DNA of 64,000 nucleotides from Planctomycetota bacterium (GTDB lineage: Bacteria > Planctomycetota > UBA1135): positions 32,001 through 96,000 of the forward strand of contig JASFYO010000003.1 of NCBI GenBank assembly GCA_045047305.1. Direction: 5' to 3'. Made by a program: the position numbers and the translations under genes. Shown here piece after piece: positions 9,342 to 17,975 of this stretch; the stretch's first letter is position 1; each line of letters starts with the position of its first letter. The notes under the pieces were generated by a model. That model worked only from the letters and a program-made list of their open reading frames with translations. It made no database searches and was not told the DNA's origin.

Positions 9342-10273
9342 GCGAAGGCTATGTTGTAGGTGCCTACTTGGTGCCAAATCAGCCGCTGCCTCTCCTGGCG
9401 CCGGAACAATCCCCTGCGTGGCAGTCCTTGCATGATTCCTACGCTAAGGTACGTGAGGAAATAGAAGCCTCGGAAGCCGATTTGATTCTCATTTTCAGCA
9501 CGCGTTGGGTGAGCATCATTGGACATCAAATGCAGGCTGATCCAGAGCCTGATTTCTGGGTCGTGGACGAAGACTTTCATCAGTTTGGCAGCCTGCACTA
9601 CAAGCTTAAGATTGATGCCGGTTTCGCCAGCCTTTACCGCGATTGTGCCCAAGCGCGTGGCTTGGAAGCGCGCACTGTGGCTTACCAAGGGTTCCCCATC
9701 GATGTCGGCAGCATCACGGCCTTAAAGCTGCTTAACCCCGACAACCGCATCCCTGCAGGCATCGTTTCTTGCAATGTGTATTCCGACCGCGCCGAAACTT
9801 TGGTGCTTGGAAAGGCTGCTGCCGATGCGATTAAAAAGAGTGGACGCAAAGTTATTCTGCTCGGAGTTTCTGCATTGTCCAATCGCATGTTTACGGAGTG
9901 GATTGATCCAAAAGAGGACCACATTCATTCATTGAAGGACGATGAATGGAATCGCAAAATCCTAGAACTGCTAGGTGAAGGGCGTTTGGAAGATGTTTCG
10001 CAACTCTCTCGCGAGTTTAGCCGCCAGGCGAATGGCGATTCCAAGATGAAGGCGATTTGGTGGATGGCGTCTGCGATGGGCCAAAGCAATGACTATCGCG
10101 GCACGGTGTTTGACTATCAGCCGGTTTGGGGGACGGGCGCGGCACTCGTTGGATTAACTCCTGCCACCAAACTCGGCGGCGGCTTGGAGTACGATGAAGA
10201 CGACACTGAGTATTACCGCGGGGATCGCAATGTCCTTGCTAGCGTCAAGAAAGAAGAGGTAAATCCATCATGA
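9338..10273 (+). CDS. amnA: 2-aminophenol 1,6-dioxygenase alpha subunit
   Basis: VVGAYLVPNQPLP, VDEDFHQFG, YQGFPIDVGSITA, IDPKEDHI...DDEWNRKILEL match recalled AmnA/CnbCa; ATGA overlap with the amnB stop. Confidence 0.87.
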   Translation: MSEGYVVGAYLVPNQPLPLLAPEQSPAWQSLHDSYAKVREEIEASEADLILIFSTRWVSIIGHQMQADPEPDFWVVDEDFHQFGSLHYKLKIDAGFASLYRDCAQARGLEARTVAYQGFPIDVGSITALKLLNPDNRIPAGIVSCNVYSDRAETLVLGKAAADAIKKSGRKVILLGVSALSNRMFTEWIDPKEDHIHSLKDDEWNRKILELLGEGRLEDVSQLSREFSRQANGDSKMKAIWWMASAMGQSNDYRGTVFDYQPVWGTGAALVGLTPATKLGGGLEYDEDDTEYYRGDRNVLASVKKEEVNPS

Positions 10274-10698
10274 GCCATCCCATCCGCACTCATAAAGCGC
10301 CTGATCCAGTCGGTGCCTACCCACACGCCCGACGCCACGGCGACCTCCTCTTTCTTTCTGGAGTAGGGCCGCGCCAAGCTGGCACCAATGCTATCCCGGG
10401 TGGCCCCATCCACGACGCGGATGGCAATCCCAACGATTACGATATCCAAGCTCAAACCGAAGCCGTCATCGCCAACGTGAAAGCGGTGCTCGAAGCTTGC
10501 GGTGCGACCTTAGATGATGTTCTAGATGTCACCGTCTATCTGATTGACATGGACCGTGACTTCAAAGGTTACAATAAGGTCTACGCGAAGCACTTCACCA
10601 CGGTTCAGGCTGCACGTACCACCTTGGCGATTCGCGCCCTGCCAACACCGATTGCGGTGGAGTTCAAAGTCATTGCTCAAGCGCCTTCCGCAAAATGA
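10270..10698 (+). CDS. amnD: RidA/YjgF family protein, probably 2-aminomuconate deaminase
   Basis: PVGAYPHARRHGDLLFLSGVGPR, DVTVYLIDMDRDF, ARTT...LPTPIAVEFKVIA; operon context. Confidence 0.8.
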   Translation: MSHPIRTHKAPDPVGAYPHARRHGDLLFLSGVGPRQAGTNAIPGGPIHDADGNPNDYDIQAQTEAVIANVKAVLEACGATLDDVLDVTVYLIDMDRDFKGYNKVYAKHFTTVQAARTTLAIRALPTPIAVEFKVIAQAPSAK

Positions 10699-11312
10699 TT
10701 ATTGATATCAGCCCTGTGATTAGTGCCCGGATTGGCGTTTGGCCAGGGGATACGGGGTTTTCGCGGGAGGTTTGCCTGGATACGAATCAAGGCGATCACA
10801 TCACCTTAAGCGCGATTCAAACCACGTTGCACTTAGGGGCTCATGTCGATGCGCCAAACCATTATCGTGCCGGCGCCAAGGCCATCCATGAACGTGCCTT
10901 GGAGCGTTATTACGGCCCATGCCAAGTGGTGCACGTTGACTTGCCACGAGGTACACGGATCCGCCCGGAGCATTTGAAGGTAGCGATTGAGGCTCCAAGA
11001 GTCTTATTTCATACTGGGAGTTTTCCAAACCCAGAGTCTTGGAACTCGGATTTCAATGCACTGAGCAAAGAATTAGTAGATGACTTGCAGGCGCAAGGGG
11101 TCGACCTGATTGGAATTGATACGCCCTCCATTGATTTGCAAGACGACAAGGTGTTGCAGTCCCACCAAGCGATTGCCAATCATGATATGGCCATCCTTGA
11201 AGGCGTCGTTCTCACCTCTGTTGAGCCTGGCTTGTACACTTTGTGCGCTTTGCCGTTGCCGCTTGAAGGCGCCGATGCCTCGCCGGTCCGCGCCGTTCTC
11301 ATCCGCGACTAA
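10695..11312 (+). CDS. kynB: Kynurenine formamidase (cyclase family)
   Basis: IIDIS...VWPGDT, HLGAHVDAP, GIDTPSID, ILEG, ALPLPLEGADASPVRAVL. Confidence 0.88.
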   Translation: MIIDISPVISARIGVWPGDTGFSREVCLDTNQGDHITLSAIQTTLHLGAHVDAPNHYRAGAKAIHERALERYYGPCQVVHVDLPRGTRIRPEHLKVAIEAPRVLFHTGSFPNPESWNSDFNALSKELVDDLQAQGVDLIGIDTPSIDLQDDKVLQSHQAIANHDMAILEGVVLTSVEPGLYTLCALPLPLEGADASPVRAVLIRD

Positions 11313-11582
11313 CTAGCGAGTCGCGTCTTCGGGATCTTCGCGCCAAGAACCGACCACGCGCTTCATCACCTGCTCGAAGTCCTCGGGTAAATCGGAGGGC
11401 GCTGGGTGATCGGTAATTTCACGGACCTGCCGATATTGCTTTAGGTAGGCGCGGCATGGGGGACACATCATGAGGTGCCCGCTGACGAAAATGCGCTCCC
11501 AAAGGCTTACCTCTCTATCCAGATAGCGATCTAGGGCCGCATAGAGGTGATCGCAACGGAGTAGGAGGTCTTTAGAAGGCAT
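11313..11582 (-). CDS. zf-HC2 (zinc-binding anti-sigma) domain protein
   Basis: C...LDRYLDREV...HLMMCPPC (HxxxCxxC); start set at MPSKD. Confidence 0.78.
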   Translation of the reverse strand: MPSKDLLLRCDHLYAALDRYLDREVSLWERIFVSGHLMMCPPCRAYLKQYRQVREITDHPAPSDLPEDFEQVMKRVVGSWREDPEDATR

Positions 11583-11693
11583 GGTCTTCCATATCTTCGC
11601 ATTTCCAGCTTGGGCGTGACAGAGTTTCTGGCTTGAAAGCAATCGGGCTTCGGTTATCCTCGGGACACCCCCCAAATCTGATAAGAGCCCATC

Positions 11694-11816
11694 ATGAAAC
11701 TAAAAGCTTGTTTGTCCTTCTTGTTTTTGATCCTTGCACTTGGCGCTTGTTCGAGCGATTCTTCTGATGATACGGAAGGAAACGCTCAAAACGGGGTCGA
11801 CGAATTGGATTATTAA
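11694..11816 (+). CDS. Small 40-aa lipoprotein (below ORF-track cut-off)
   Basis: Hand translation MKLKACLSFLFLILALGACSSDSSDDTEGNAQNGVDELDY*: basic N-terminus, hydrophobic core, LGAC lipobox, acidic tail. Confidence 0.65.
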   Translation: MKLKACLSFLFLILALGACSSDSSDDTEGNAQNGVDELDY

Positions 11817-11952
11817 AACAGAAAATTCCCGCTTAAACCGTGTAATTACGCGGTAAAAAGAGGTGGATTGAGTTTTTTCTGTTAACCAACTGGGTGTCGT
11901 TCGTATGCTTCCACATACGGCCGGCTCCCTGGCCCGTTAATCACGTAAGCAG

Positions 11953-12564
11953 ATGAACACTCCAAAATTCAACTTAACCCTCCTTCTTCTTGGACTTGCG
12001 GCATTTGTCGCAACCCCATCTTCCTCTTTTGCACAAGAAGATAAAGGTGGTGTGGAATCAACCCAAGGGGTTGATACCGGCGAAGTCCAAGGCACCGTTG
12101 AGAAGATCAATCAAGATGCTGGCGAAGCCCAAGGCAAAGCTGGTAAGAAAGGCAAGAAAGGTCTTGGTGGCGGAAAAACCACCAAAGAGCAGCGCCAGTT
12201 GATGCACGCCGTTGCCGCAGAAATGGGCAAGTACCGCGCAAACACGGCACGCTTGGCTCAAGCCCGCAGCGTTGGCGAAAGGAAGAATAACGCCGACTTG
12301 ATCAAGAAGGCCAATGAGATGGCGCCGAAGTTGGAAGCCCAGCACAAGGAAGCTATGGATGCTTTACGCGCCAAATATGGCGAAAAAGAGGTGGCTGCAG
12401 TGGTCGAACGCCTGAATAGCCAATCCAAGTCCGACATCAAGAAACATAAAAAGTTTGCTGGCGATGCCACCAAGAAGGGCAATAAACAAGCCAAGGAAAC
12501 CAAAGGCAAAGGCAAGAAAAAGCAAAAGCACCGCGAAGGAAAAGAAGAAGGTTCTGACTCCTAA
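11953..12564 (+). CDS. Secreted Lys-rich helical hypothetical protein
   Basis: Signal peptide ending SFA-Q; K-rich low-complexity stretches. Confidence 0.7.
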   Translation: MNTPKFNLTLLLLGLAAFVATPSSSFAQEDKGGVESTQGVDTGEVQGTVEKINQDAGEAQGKAGKKGKKGLGGGKTTKEQRQLMHAVAAEMGKYRANTARLAQARSVGERKNNADLIKKANEMAPKLEAQHKEAMDALRAKYGEKEVAAVVERLNSQSKSDIKKHKKFAGDATKKGNKQAKETKGKGKKKQKHREGKEEGSDS

Positions 12565-12588
12565 ATAACCCCCAAACACAACAACACA

Positions 12589-12792
12589 ATGTCCAAACTG
12601 TTAACTCTTACCTGCCTTTTCGGCGCGCTGACATTTGCCAGTTGCTCCGGCGAGGAAAAACCTGCCGACATCACCACCACCGATGAAGCAGCAACTGTTA
12701 TTTCCGAAAGTGATGCCGCTGCAAACGCAGCAGAAGAAATCACCGACGAAGCAGCCGCGAATGCTGCACTAGACAGCATGCTTGACGGCTAA
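12589..12792 (+). CDS. Small acidic Ala-rich lipoprotein
   Basis: FASC lipobox; duplicated (D/E)AAANAA motif. Confidence 0.65.
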   Translation: MSKLLTLTCLFGALTFASCSGEEKPADITTTDEAATVISESDAAANAAEEITDEAAANAALDSMLDG

Positions 12793-12795
12793 ACC

Positions 12796-14895
12796 TTAGC
12801 TTCCACGTCGACGACGCCCACTGCTTCGACGACGTCGCTCTTTAGAAGCTGCAGTTCCCTCGGGAGCTGCAGCTTCTTCTTTTTCAATCTCAGCTTTGAC
12901 GGCTTCGGCACCGCCTTCCAAGCCGAGTTCGGCGCGAACGTCAATCGGGCCGCGGTAAAGGCATGCCACGGCCTCGTCGATGGTGGCAGTGAGGCGTGGG
13001 TCGGAGTCCCCCAATAACTTATACAGGTGGCGTAAGTACTGCACCGTCATGCGTGCAACGCGGACGAAATCGCCAGGAGCTGCACTGGTGAAGCGCGACA
13101 GCTCGGTGAATGGGCGTCCCATCGCGTATTCGTAGATTGCGGGGCTCATCGAAGGGTCAATCTGTTTTAGCGAGCCGACCAAACCGCAATCGGTTTCGCG
13201 TTCTATGGCATAATCAATCACCCGTGCAGCATGATTCAAGAAACCTTTCATCGGGCGCAGTGCCTGGCGTGGATACTCATCGCGACGCCGCCCCTCATGA
13301 ATCACCGAGCCAATCAATCCGCACAATGCGGGTGCGTCGATGTCTTCAAACACGCCTTCGTACAACATCTCAGTGAGTTGTATTTCATAGCCAAACAGGT
13401 GTAGGCAGGTCCGTCCGCGGGCGAGAATCTCGCGCTCGGGCTTGATGTAGCCCATTTGCTCGAGAAACTGGAATCGCTTGTTGAGTAGTGCACGGACTTG
13501 ACGTCGGTTGTGCTCCTCGCGTTTTTTGGAATGCTCACGTGCTTGGAAGGCGGCAAAACTGTTCTCCCAAACTTCGGCGGCGTACTGATTGCCGGCGATG
13601 CCATGCAGATGTACCAAGGAGGCATAGTCCAAGTTGAACCGCGATGTGATCGGTTCCACGCGCCCCGCTTGAATGCGGTTGATCGGGGCGTCCATCACGT
13701 CGTCGAAATCGAGTACGGAATAGACCAACCCTTCGGCATCCATGCCTAGGCGTCCGGCACGGCCTGCCATCTGCAGGTAGTCACGCGTGCGCATGTAGTC
13801 GAAATCAATGCCATCGAATTTGCATAAACTGTCGAACACCACCGCGCGCGCTGGCATGTTGATGCCTAAAGCGAAGGTCTCGGTGGTGTAGAGGATGCGC
13901 AAAAGCCCGGTAGCGAACATGCGCTCCACCATTTCCTTTTGTAACGGCAACATGCCCGCATGGTGATATCCCACGCCGCGCGCCAGCATGCCACGCAAGG
14001 TGCCCATGGGGCCTCTACGGTCGTCAAAGCCGAACTCGGCCTTGCCCGCATCCCATAATTTCTCGAAGGCGGCAACGCCATCACGGTCGAGCAACTTGCG
14101 CGAGCGCGAGGTTTTGAGTGCTTTGGATTCACACAGCTTGCGTGAAAAGCAAAAGTACAGAATCGGCAGGCGCTCCTCTTTGACGAGCTCATCGACTAAT
14201 TCGCGGTCGTCACGTTGTTTCCAGTCACGGTCCTTTTTGTGCTCCTTGAAACGATTGCGCACTGGCTTCAACCGACTCGGCGGGAAGATTCCAGCCTTGG
14301 GGTGAAACAGGTAATGCTTCAAAGGAACCGGGCGCTTGGTTTCTTCCACCACGGTCAACGGACGTTTGCGTACTCGTTCTAGCCAAGCTGCGAACTGCCC
14401 CAAATTGTCAATGGTTGCGGAAAGCGCCACAATCACCACATTCTCTGGAAGGAACATCAAGGTTTCTTCCCACACCGAACCACGCTCGGGGTCGTCCATG
14501 AAGTGCACTTCATCGAACACCACCACACCGACATCGTTCAACTGACTTGCGTCTTCCACTAAAGTGTTGCGCAAGATTTCCGTCGTCATCACCATCACGC
14601 GTCCATTTGGATTCAGAGTGATGTCACCGGTGCTAAGCCCCACGCTATCAATCTCTGGATCCTCGGTGAAGTCGCGGAACTTCTGGTTGCTCAGCGCCTT
14701 GATGGGGGCGGTGTACAGTGCTCGCGTTCCCTTCTTCTGCGCGAGATGAATCGCGTATTCCGCAACCAAGGTTTTGCCAGCGCCAGTGGGGGCAGCCACC
14801 AGGACATTGTGGTGCGTATCCAATGCCGCCGCGGCTTTCCTCTGGAAGGAGGAGAGCGTGAAACCTTTGAATTCGGTGGGGCCATGACCCGTCAT
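12796..14895 (-). CDS. Ski2/HelY-like DEAD/DEAH-box RNA helicase
   Basis: APTGAGKT, TAPIKALSNQK, DEVH, LSAT, HHAG, TETFALGINMPA, QMAGRAGR, DSHCT-like C-terminus; start at 14895 or 14901 rather than 15183. Confidence 0.9.
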   Translation of the reverse strand: MTGHGPTEFKGFTLSSFQRKAAAALDTHHNVLVAAPTGAGKTLVAEYAIHLAQKKGTRALYTAPIKALSNQKFRDFTEDPEIDSVGLSTGDITLNPNGRVMVMTTEILRNTLVEDASQLNDVGVVVFDEVHFMDDPERGSVWEETLMFLPENVVIVALSATIDNLGQFAAWLERVRKRPLTVVEETKRPVPLKHYLFHPKAGIFPPSRLKPVRNRFKEHKKDRDWKQRDDRELVDELVKEERLPILYFCFSRKLCESKALKTSRSRKLLDRDGVAAFEKLWDAGKAEFGFDDRRGPMGTLRGMLARGVGYHHAGMLPLQKEMVERMFATGLLRILYTTETFALGINMPARAVVFDSLCKFDGIDFDYMRTRDYLQMAGRAGRLGMDAEGLVYSVLDFDDVMDAPINRIQAGRVEPITSRFNLDYASLVHLHGIAGNQYAAEVWENSFAAFQAREHSKKREEHNRRQVRALLNKRFQFLEQMGYIKPEREILARGRTCLHLFGYEIQLTEMLYEGVFEDIDAPALCGLIGSVIHEGRRRDEYPRQALRPMKGFLNHAARVIDYAIERETDCGLVGSLKQIDPSMSPAIYEYAMGRPFTELSRFTSAAPGDFVRVARMTVQYLRHLYKLLGDSDPRLTATIDEAVACLYRGPIDVRAELGLEGGAEAVKAEIEKEEAAAPEGTAASKERRRRSSGRRRRGS

Positions 14896-14901
14896 AGGCA
14901 T

Positions 14902-14930
14902 AGCATGGGTGGATACGGAGAGCGGGTCAA
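14902..14930 (-). promoter_or_regulatory. Putative sigma70 promoter of the helicase gene
   Basis: TTGACC-17 nt-CATGCT on the minus strand, 6 nt before ATG 14895. Confidence 0.5.
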
Positions 14931-14945
14931 GGTAGAACAGGGAAC

Positions 14946-15827
14946 ATGGGCCTCGCCACGCGTCCTTACCTACCGCATCAAAACTTGCTTGCGCTCCTTT
15001 TGTTCGCCACTCTTCCTGCTTGCGGTGATGCTCAATCCATGCAGCAGCCGCGCGCTCTGTCGGATTATCGTATCGATCAGGTGCCTCAGCTCCCCGGTGG
15101 ATTTCCGCCGGCCTGGGCTGCTCGCTTTGACCAAGTTCTGGCCGACGCCCCCGACATTGCCCTCGGCGATCCCTTGGCGTCACAAGTGGTGCACGACTTG
15201 CTCGCTCAGGTGGAATGGATTGACCCTAAAACTATTGAGGTGGAGCTGGCCCTTCCGGAGGGGGTGCGGGTGAACTTCTTGCCCAAGATTCCGGTTTTCG
15301 CGATTGCACGTGGGCAGACCCCGATTGCAACCCTCGCCCGCGACGGCACCCTCATTCCAAGCGGCTTTTCGGAGGCGACCATGCGCAGCTTGTTGTTTGT
15401 GTCGCTGGATGCGGATAAGGATTTACCCGAAGTCGGCCAGCGCTTTGCCGACCCTGTGGTGCAGGAGGCTTTTCGCCTTTGGGTGGCGGCCGACACGATT
15501 TACACGCAAACTGGATTACCGATTATGTCGATTCAGCGCCGTTCAGACTATCCGCAGGCGTCGCCGGGTATCGCGCCAGCCATGTCCTTCATTTTGGCTA
15601 ATGGAGTGGAGATTTCATGGGGCCGTGCGAGCGGCACTGCCGACCCAGCTGCAGTCAATCGCGACGGCAAGCCGCTCTCTTCCGCGCGCAGGATGCAGAG
15701 GCTAGCCCTGGTCCTGCACGCGTACCCTATGTTGCAAGGGGTCGGGCGCTTGGTGCTCGACGATCCTTTGGTGAAGGTGTTCGATGAACAGGGTGCTCTT
15801 CTGCCCTTGCCCGCAACGATTCGGTGA
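14946..15827 (+). CDS. Lipoprotein with possible FtsQ/DivIB-like POTRA and C-terminal region
   Basis: LPAC lipobox; WIDPKTIEVELALPEGVRVNFLPKIPVFAI...LARDGTLIP resembles the FtsQ POTRA-beta junction by eye. Confidence 0.5.
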   Translation: MGLATRPYLPHQNLLALLLFATLPACGDAQSMQQPRALSDYRIDQVPQLPGGFPPAWAARFDQVLADAPDIALGDPLASQVVHDLLAQVEWIDPKTIEVELALPEGVRVNFLPKIPVFAIARGQTPIATLARDGTLIPSGFSEATMRSLLFVSLDADKDLPEVGQRFADPVVQEAFRLWVAADTIYTQTGLPIMSIQRRSDYPQASPGIAPAMSFILANGVEISWGRASGTADPAAVNRDGKPLSSARRMQRLALVLHAYPMLQGVGRLVLDDPLVKVFDEQGALLPLPATIR

Positions 15828-16819
15828 GCGACGACACGGCTAAGCTCCAAGGCTCTCTCTTTGCCCGCTTTTTTGCGTTAGGCCCCTATGCGCTTGCAGC
15901 CGTTTGGAGTGGCATGGCTCCGACCCAGGCGCTGATGCTAGCGCTCTTACTGGAGTTGCTTTCTCCGGCTGGAACGCAACCGTTGCGCATGGCGGTGCGC
16001 CATTTCGTGTTATGGGGCGTTTTGCTTTTGCTGCTGCCGGACCCATTCGCCTGGTGGTTGGCGCCGGCCTGGTGCTTGCTTTTGGTTGGCACTCATCGGT
16101 GGTGGTCACAGTCGCCACGCCTTGCAGGCCTCTTGGCAGCCATTCTGCTGTTGCCCGCCTTGCTCGACGTTATCGCCCGCCTTGACCCCTCGCATGCGGT
16201 TACGAGCGCAGGGGTGCGCAACCCTTGGGTGGCTCAGCCAGGTCACGAAAATTATGGGGCGCGTCTGGAACTCGCTGGGATGGGCATCGTGATTCCGGCT
16301 TCAGCAGAACCGTTGGCGCTGCAAGCAAGTGCCAAGGAGCGAGCCCGGGCATTAGGATTCCTTGCCGTTTCCATGCTGCTTTTACTTGCCCTAAGCCGAC
16401 GTCGGCATCCTGCGGCGAATCTCGTGGGATTGCTGCCGCTAGTGCTAGCCTATGCCTTATTCCGGCCAGCGCAAAATCAAAGTCTATGGCTGCAAGTGCA
16501 GGAGGATGGTGATTGGCAGGTCCTCACCTTCTCCTGGCCGCTCGAGGTAGAGGAAGGCAGTGGAAAGCTGATTTATGAGCAGCGGGCGCCTGTCGCGGGA
16601 GATTTGTGGCCCACGGCTGCCGTCGCGACGGTGGAACGTGGTCCGCTTTTGGCCCCCAAGGAGTCGGGGGAGGAGGGTATCCTGTCGCTCTTACGCCATT
16701 GGGCGGACGCCAGAATTGACCCTGGAGAGAGTTTCGGTACTGAAAATGTGCCCTCAGCAACGAAATCTAGCTGGGAAATAGATTCTCGGGGTGTTCTTGT
16801 GCTCCGGGCCTTGCCGTAA
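15824..16819 (+). CDS. Multi-pass membrane hypothetical protein
   Basis: Several long hydrophobic segments; 4-nt overlap with the upstream gene. Confidence 0.65.
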   Translation: MSDDTAKLQGSLFARFFALGPYALAAVWSGMAPTQALMLALLLELLSPAGTQPLRMAVRHFVLWGVLLLLLPDPFAWWLAPAWCLLLVGTHRWWSQSPRLAGLLAAILLLPALLDVIARLDPSHAVTSAGVRNPWVAQPGHENYGARLELAGMGIVIPASAEPLALQASAKERARALGFLAVSMLLLLALSRRRHPAANLVGLLPLVLAYALFRPAQNQSLWLQVQEDGDWQVLTFSWPLEVEEGSGKLIYEQRAPVAGDLWPTAAVATVERGPLLAPKESGEEGILSLLRHWADARIDPGESFGTENVPSATKSSWEIDSRGVLVLRALP

Positions 16820-16839
16820 GTCCTTGGCCGGCATAGAAT
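16811..16839 (+). promoter_or_regulatory. Putative sigma70 promoter of rplM-rpsI
   Basis: TTGCCG-17 nt-TAGAAT about 40 nt upstream of the rplM start. Confidence 0.6.
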
Positions 16840-16877
16840 GCTCGGCCGTTTGTGCGGATTACCGCCCGGAAAAGAAG

Positions 16878-17309
16878 ATGCGTCCCAAGACTCCTCATCT
16901 CAATTCGATGACCATTGCCCGTGAGTGGCATTTGGTTGATGCCGAGAACAAAGTTCTCGGTCACGTCGCCACCCAGATCGCCATGATCTTGATGGGTAAG
17001 CATAAGCCTACCCACTCAGACCATTTTGATTGCGGTGACAACATCGTTGTCGTTAACGCCCAGAAGGTCACTGTGACTGGCACCAAAGCCGAAGACAAGA
17101 CCTATCGTCGCCACACGGGTTATCCCGGCGGGCGTCGCGAGGATCGTTATAGCGATTGGATTGAAAGCCACCCTGAGCGCATCATCCTTAAGGCTGTGCA
17201 GCGCATGCTTCCGAAGAACAAGCTTGGTCGTCAACTGATCAAGAAACTCCACGTGTACGGTGGTGCGGATCATCCTCACACCGCTCAGCAGCCCCAGCCA
17301 CTCGCCTGA
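16878..17309 (+). CDS. rplM: 50S ribosomal protein L13
   Basis: REWHLVDAENKVLG, LMGKHKP, DCGDNIVVVNA, RHTGYPGG, MLPKNKLGR, HPHTAQQP. Confidence 0.97.
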   Translation: MRPKTPHLNSMTIAREWHLVDAENKVLGHVATQIAMILMGKHKPTHSDHFDCGDNIVVVNAQKVTVTGTKAEDKTYRRHTGYPGGRREDRYSDWIESHPERIILKAVQRMLPKNKLGRQLIKKLHVYGGADHPHTAQQPQPLA

Positions 17310-17318
17310 TCCTTAGCG

Positions 17319-17843
17319 ATGGAAGATAAAGATAAAAACGCAGAAGGGAACTCTCCTGTCCTTACTCTTGGCGCCGAAGATGGCACCACCAGCGAGGAAA
17401 CGGTAGAGGAACTGCCGCAGATTGACCCTCTTGGTCGCTTAGTCGACCTCATCCCAAACACTTATCACTGGGGTACCGGCCGTCGTAAGAATGCCGTCGC
17501 TCGTGTCCGGGTTCGCCCAGGCAGTGGTCAGTTCACCGTCAACGGCAAGACTCTTAACGATTACTTCCCACGCGGAGTCGATCAGAGTGCATGTCATGCA
17601 CCTTTGGTTTCACTTTCCGTGATGAAAAAGGTCGATGTCTTCGTGAATACTCACGGTGGTGGCAACACTGGGCAAGCTGGCGCAGTAAAAATGGGTTTAA
17701 GCCGCGCACTGTTGGCACTCTACCCAGATGCGCATGGTGTGCTTGCTGAAGCCGGTCACTTCACCCGTGACCCACGGATGGTGGAGCGCAAGAAATACGG
17801 TCGTCACGGCGCACGTCGTGGTCACCAGTGGGGCAAGCGCTAA
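17319..17843 (+). CDS. rpsI: 30S ribosomal protein S9 with acidic N-terminal extension
   Basis: GTGRRKNAVARV, GGGNTGQAGA, TRDPRMVERKKYG...KR. Confidence 0.97.
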   Translation: MEDKDKNAEGNSPVLTLGAEDGTTSEETVEELPQIDPLGRLVDLIPNTYHWGTGRRKNAVARVRVRPGSGQFTVNGKTLNDYFPRGVDQSACHAPLVSLSVMKKVDVFVNTHGGGNTGQAGAVKMGLSRALLALYPDAHGVLAEAGHFTRDPRMVERKKYGRHGARRGHQWGKR

Positions 17844-17863
17844 ATCCAGCCTTGGACCCTTTC

Positions 17864-17898
17864 AAGACCGCCGGTTTATACCGGCGGTCTTCGTTTTT
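17864..17898 (+). terminator. Rho-independent terminator after rpsI
   Basis: AAGACCGCCGGT-TTAT-ACCGGCGGTCTT stem followed by CGTTTTT. Confidence 0.85.
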
Positions 17899-17975
17899 AT
17901 GGGCAGCAAGGCTTTGGCCGCACCTGCCGACTGTGTAATCTGATAGCAGAAGTTCGAACTCGAACCCCTTAGAAC

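Noticed and set aside
14896..15183. Long N-terminal extension of the helicase given by the ORF track (similarly 3757, 9197, 46033 and 55526 starts)
   Set aside because: These extensions overlap neighbouring real genes; downstream starts fit homology, signal peptides or promoters better
17319..17460. Acidic N-terminal extension of S9
   Set aside because: Such extensions are common in several phyla; not unusual
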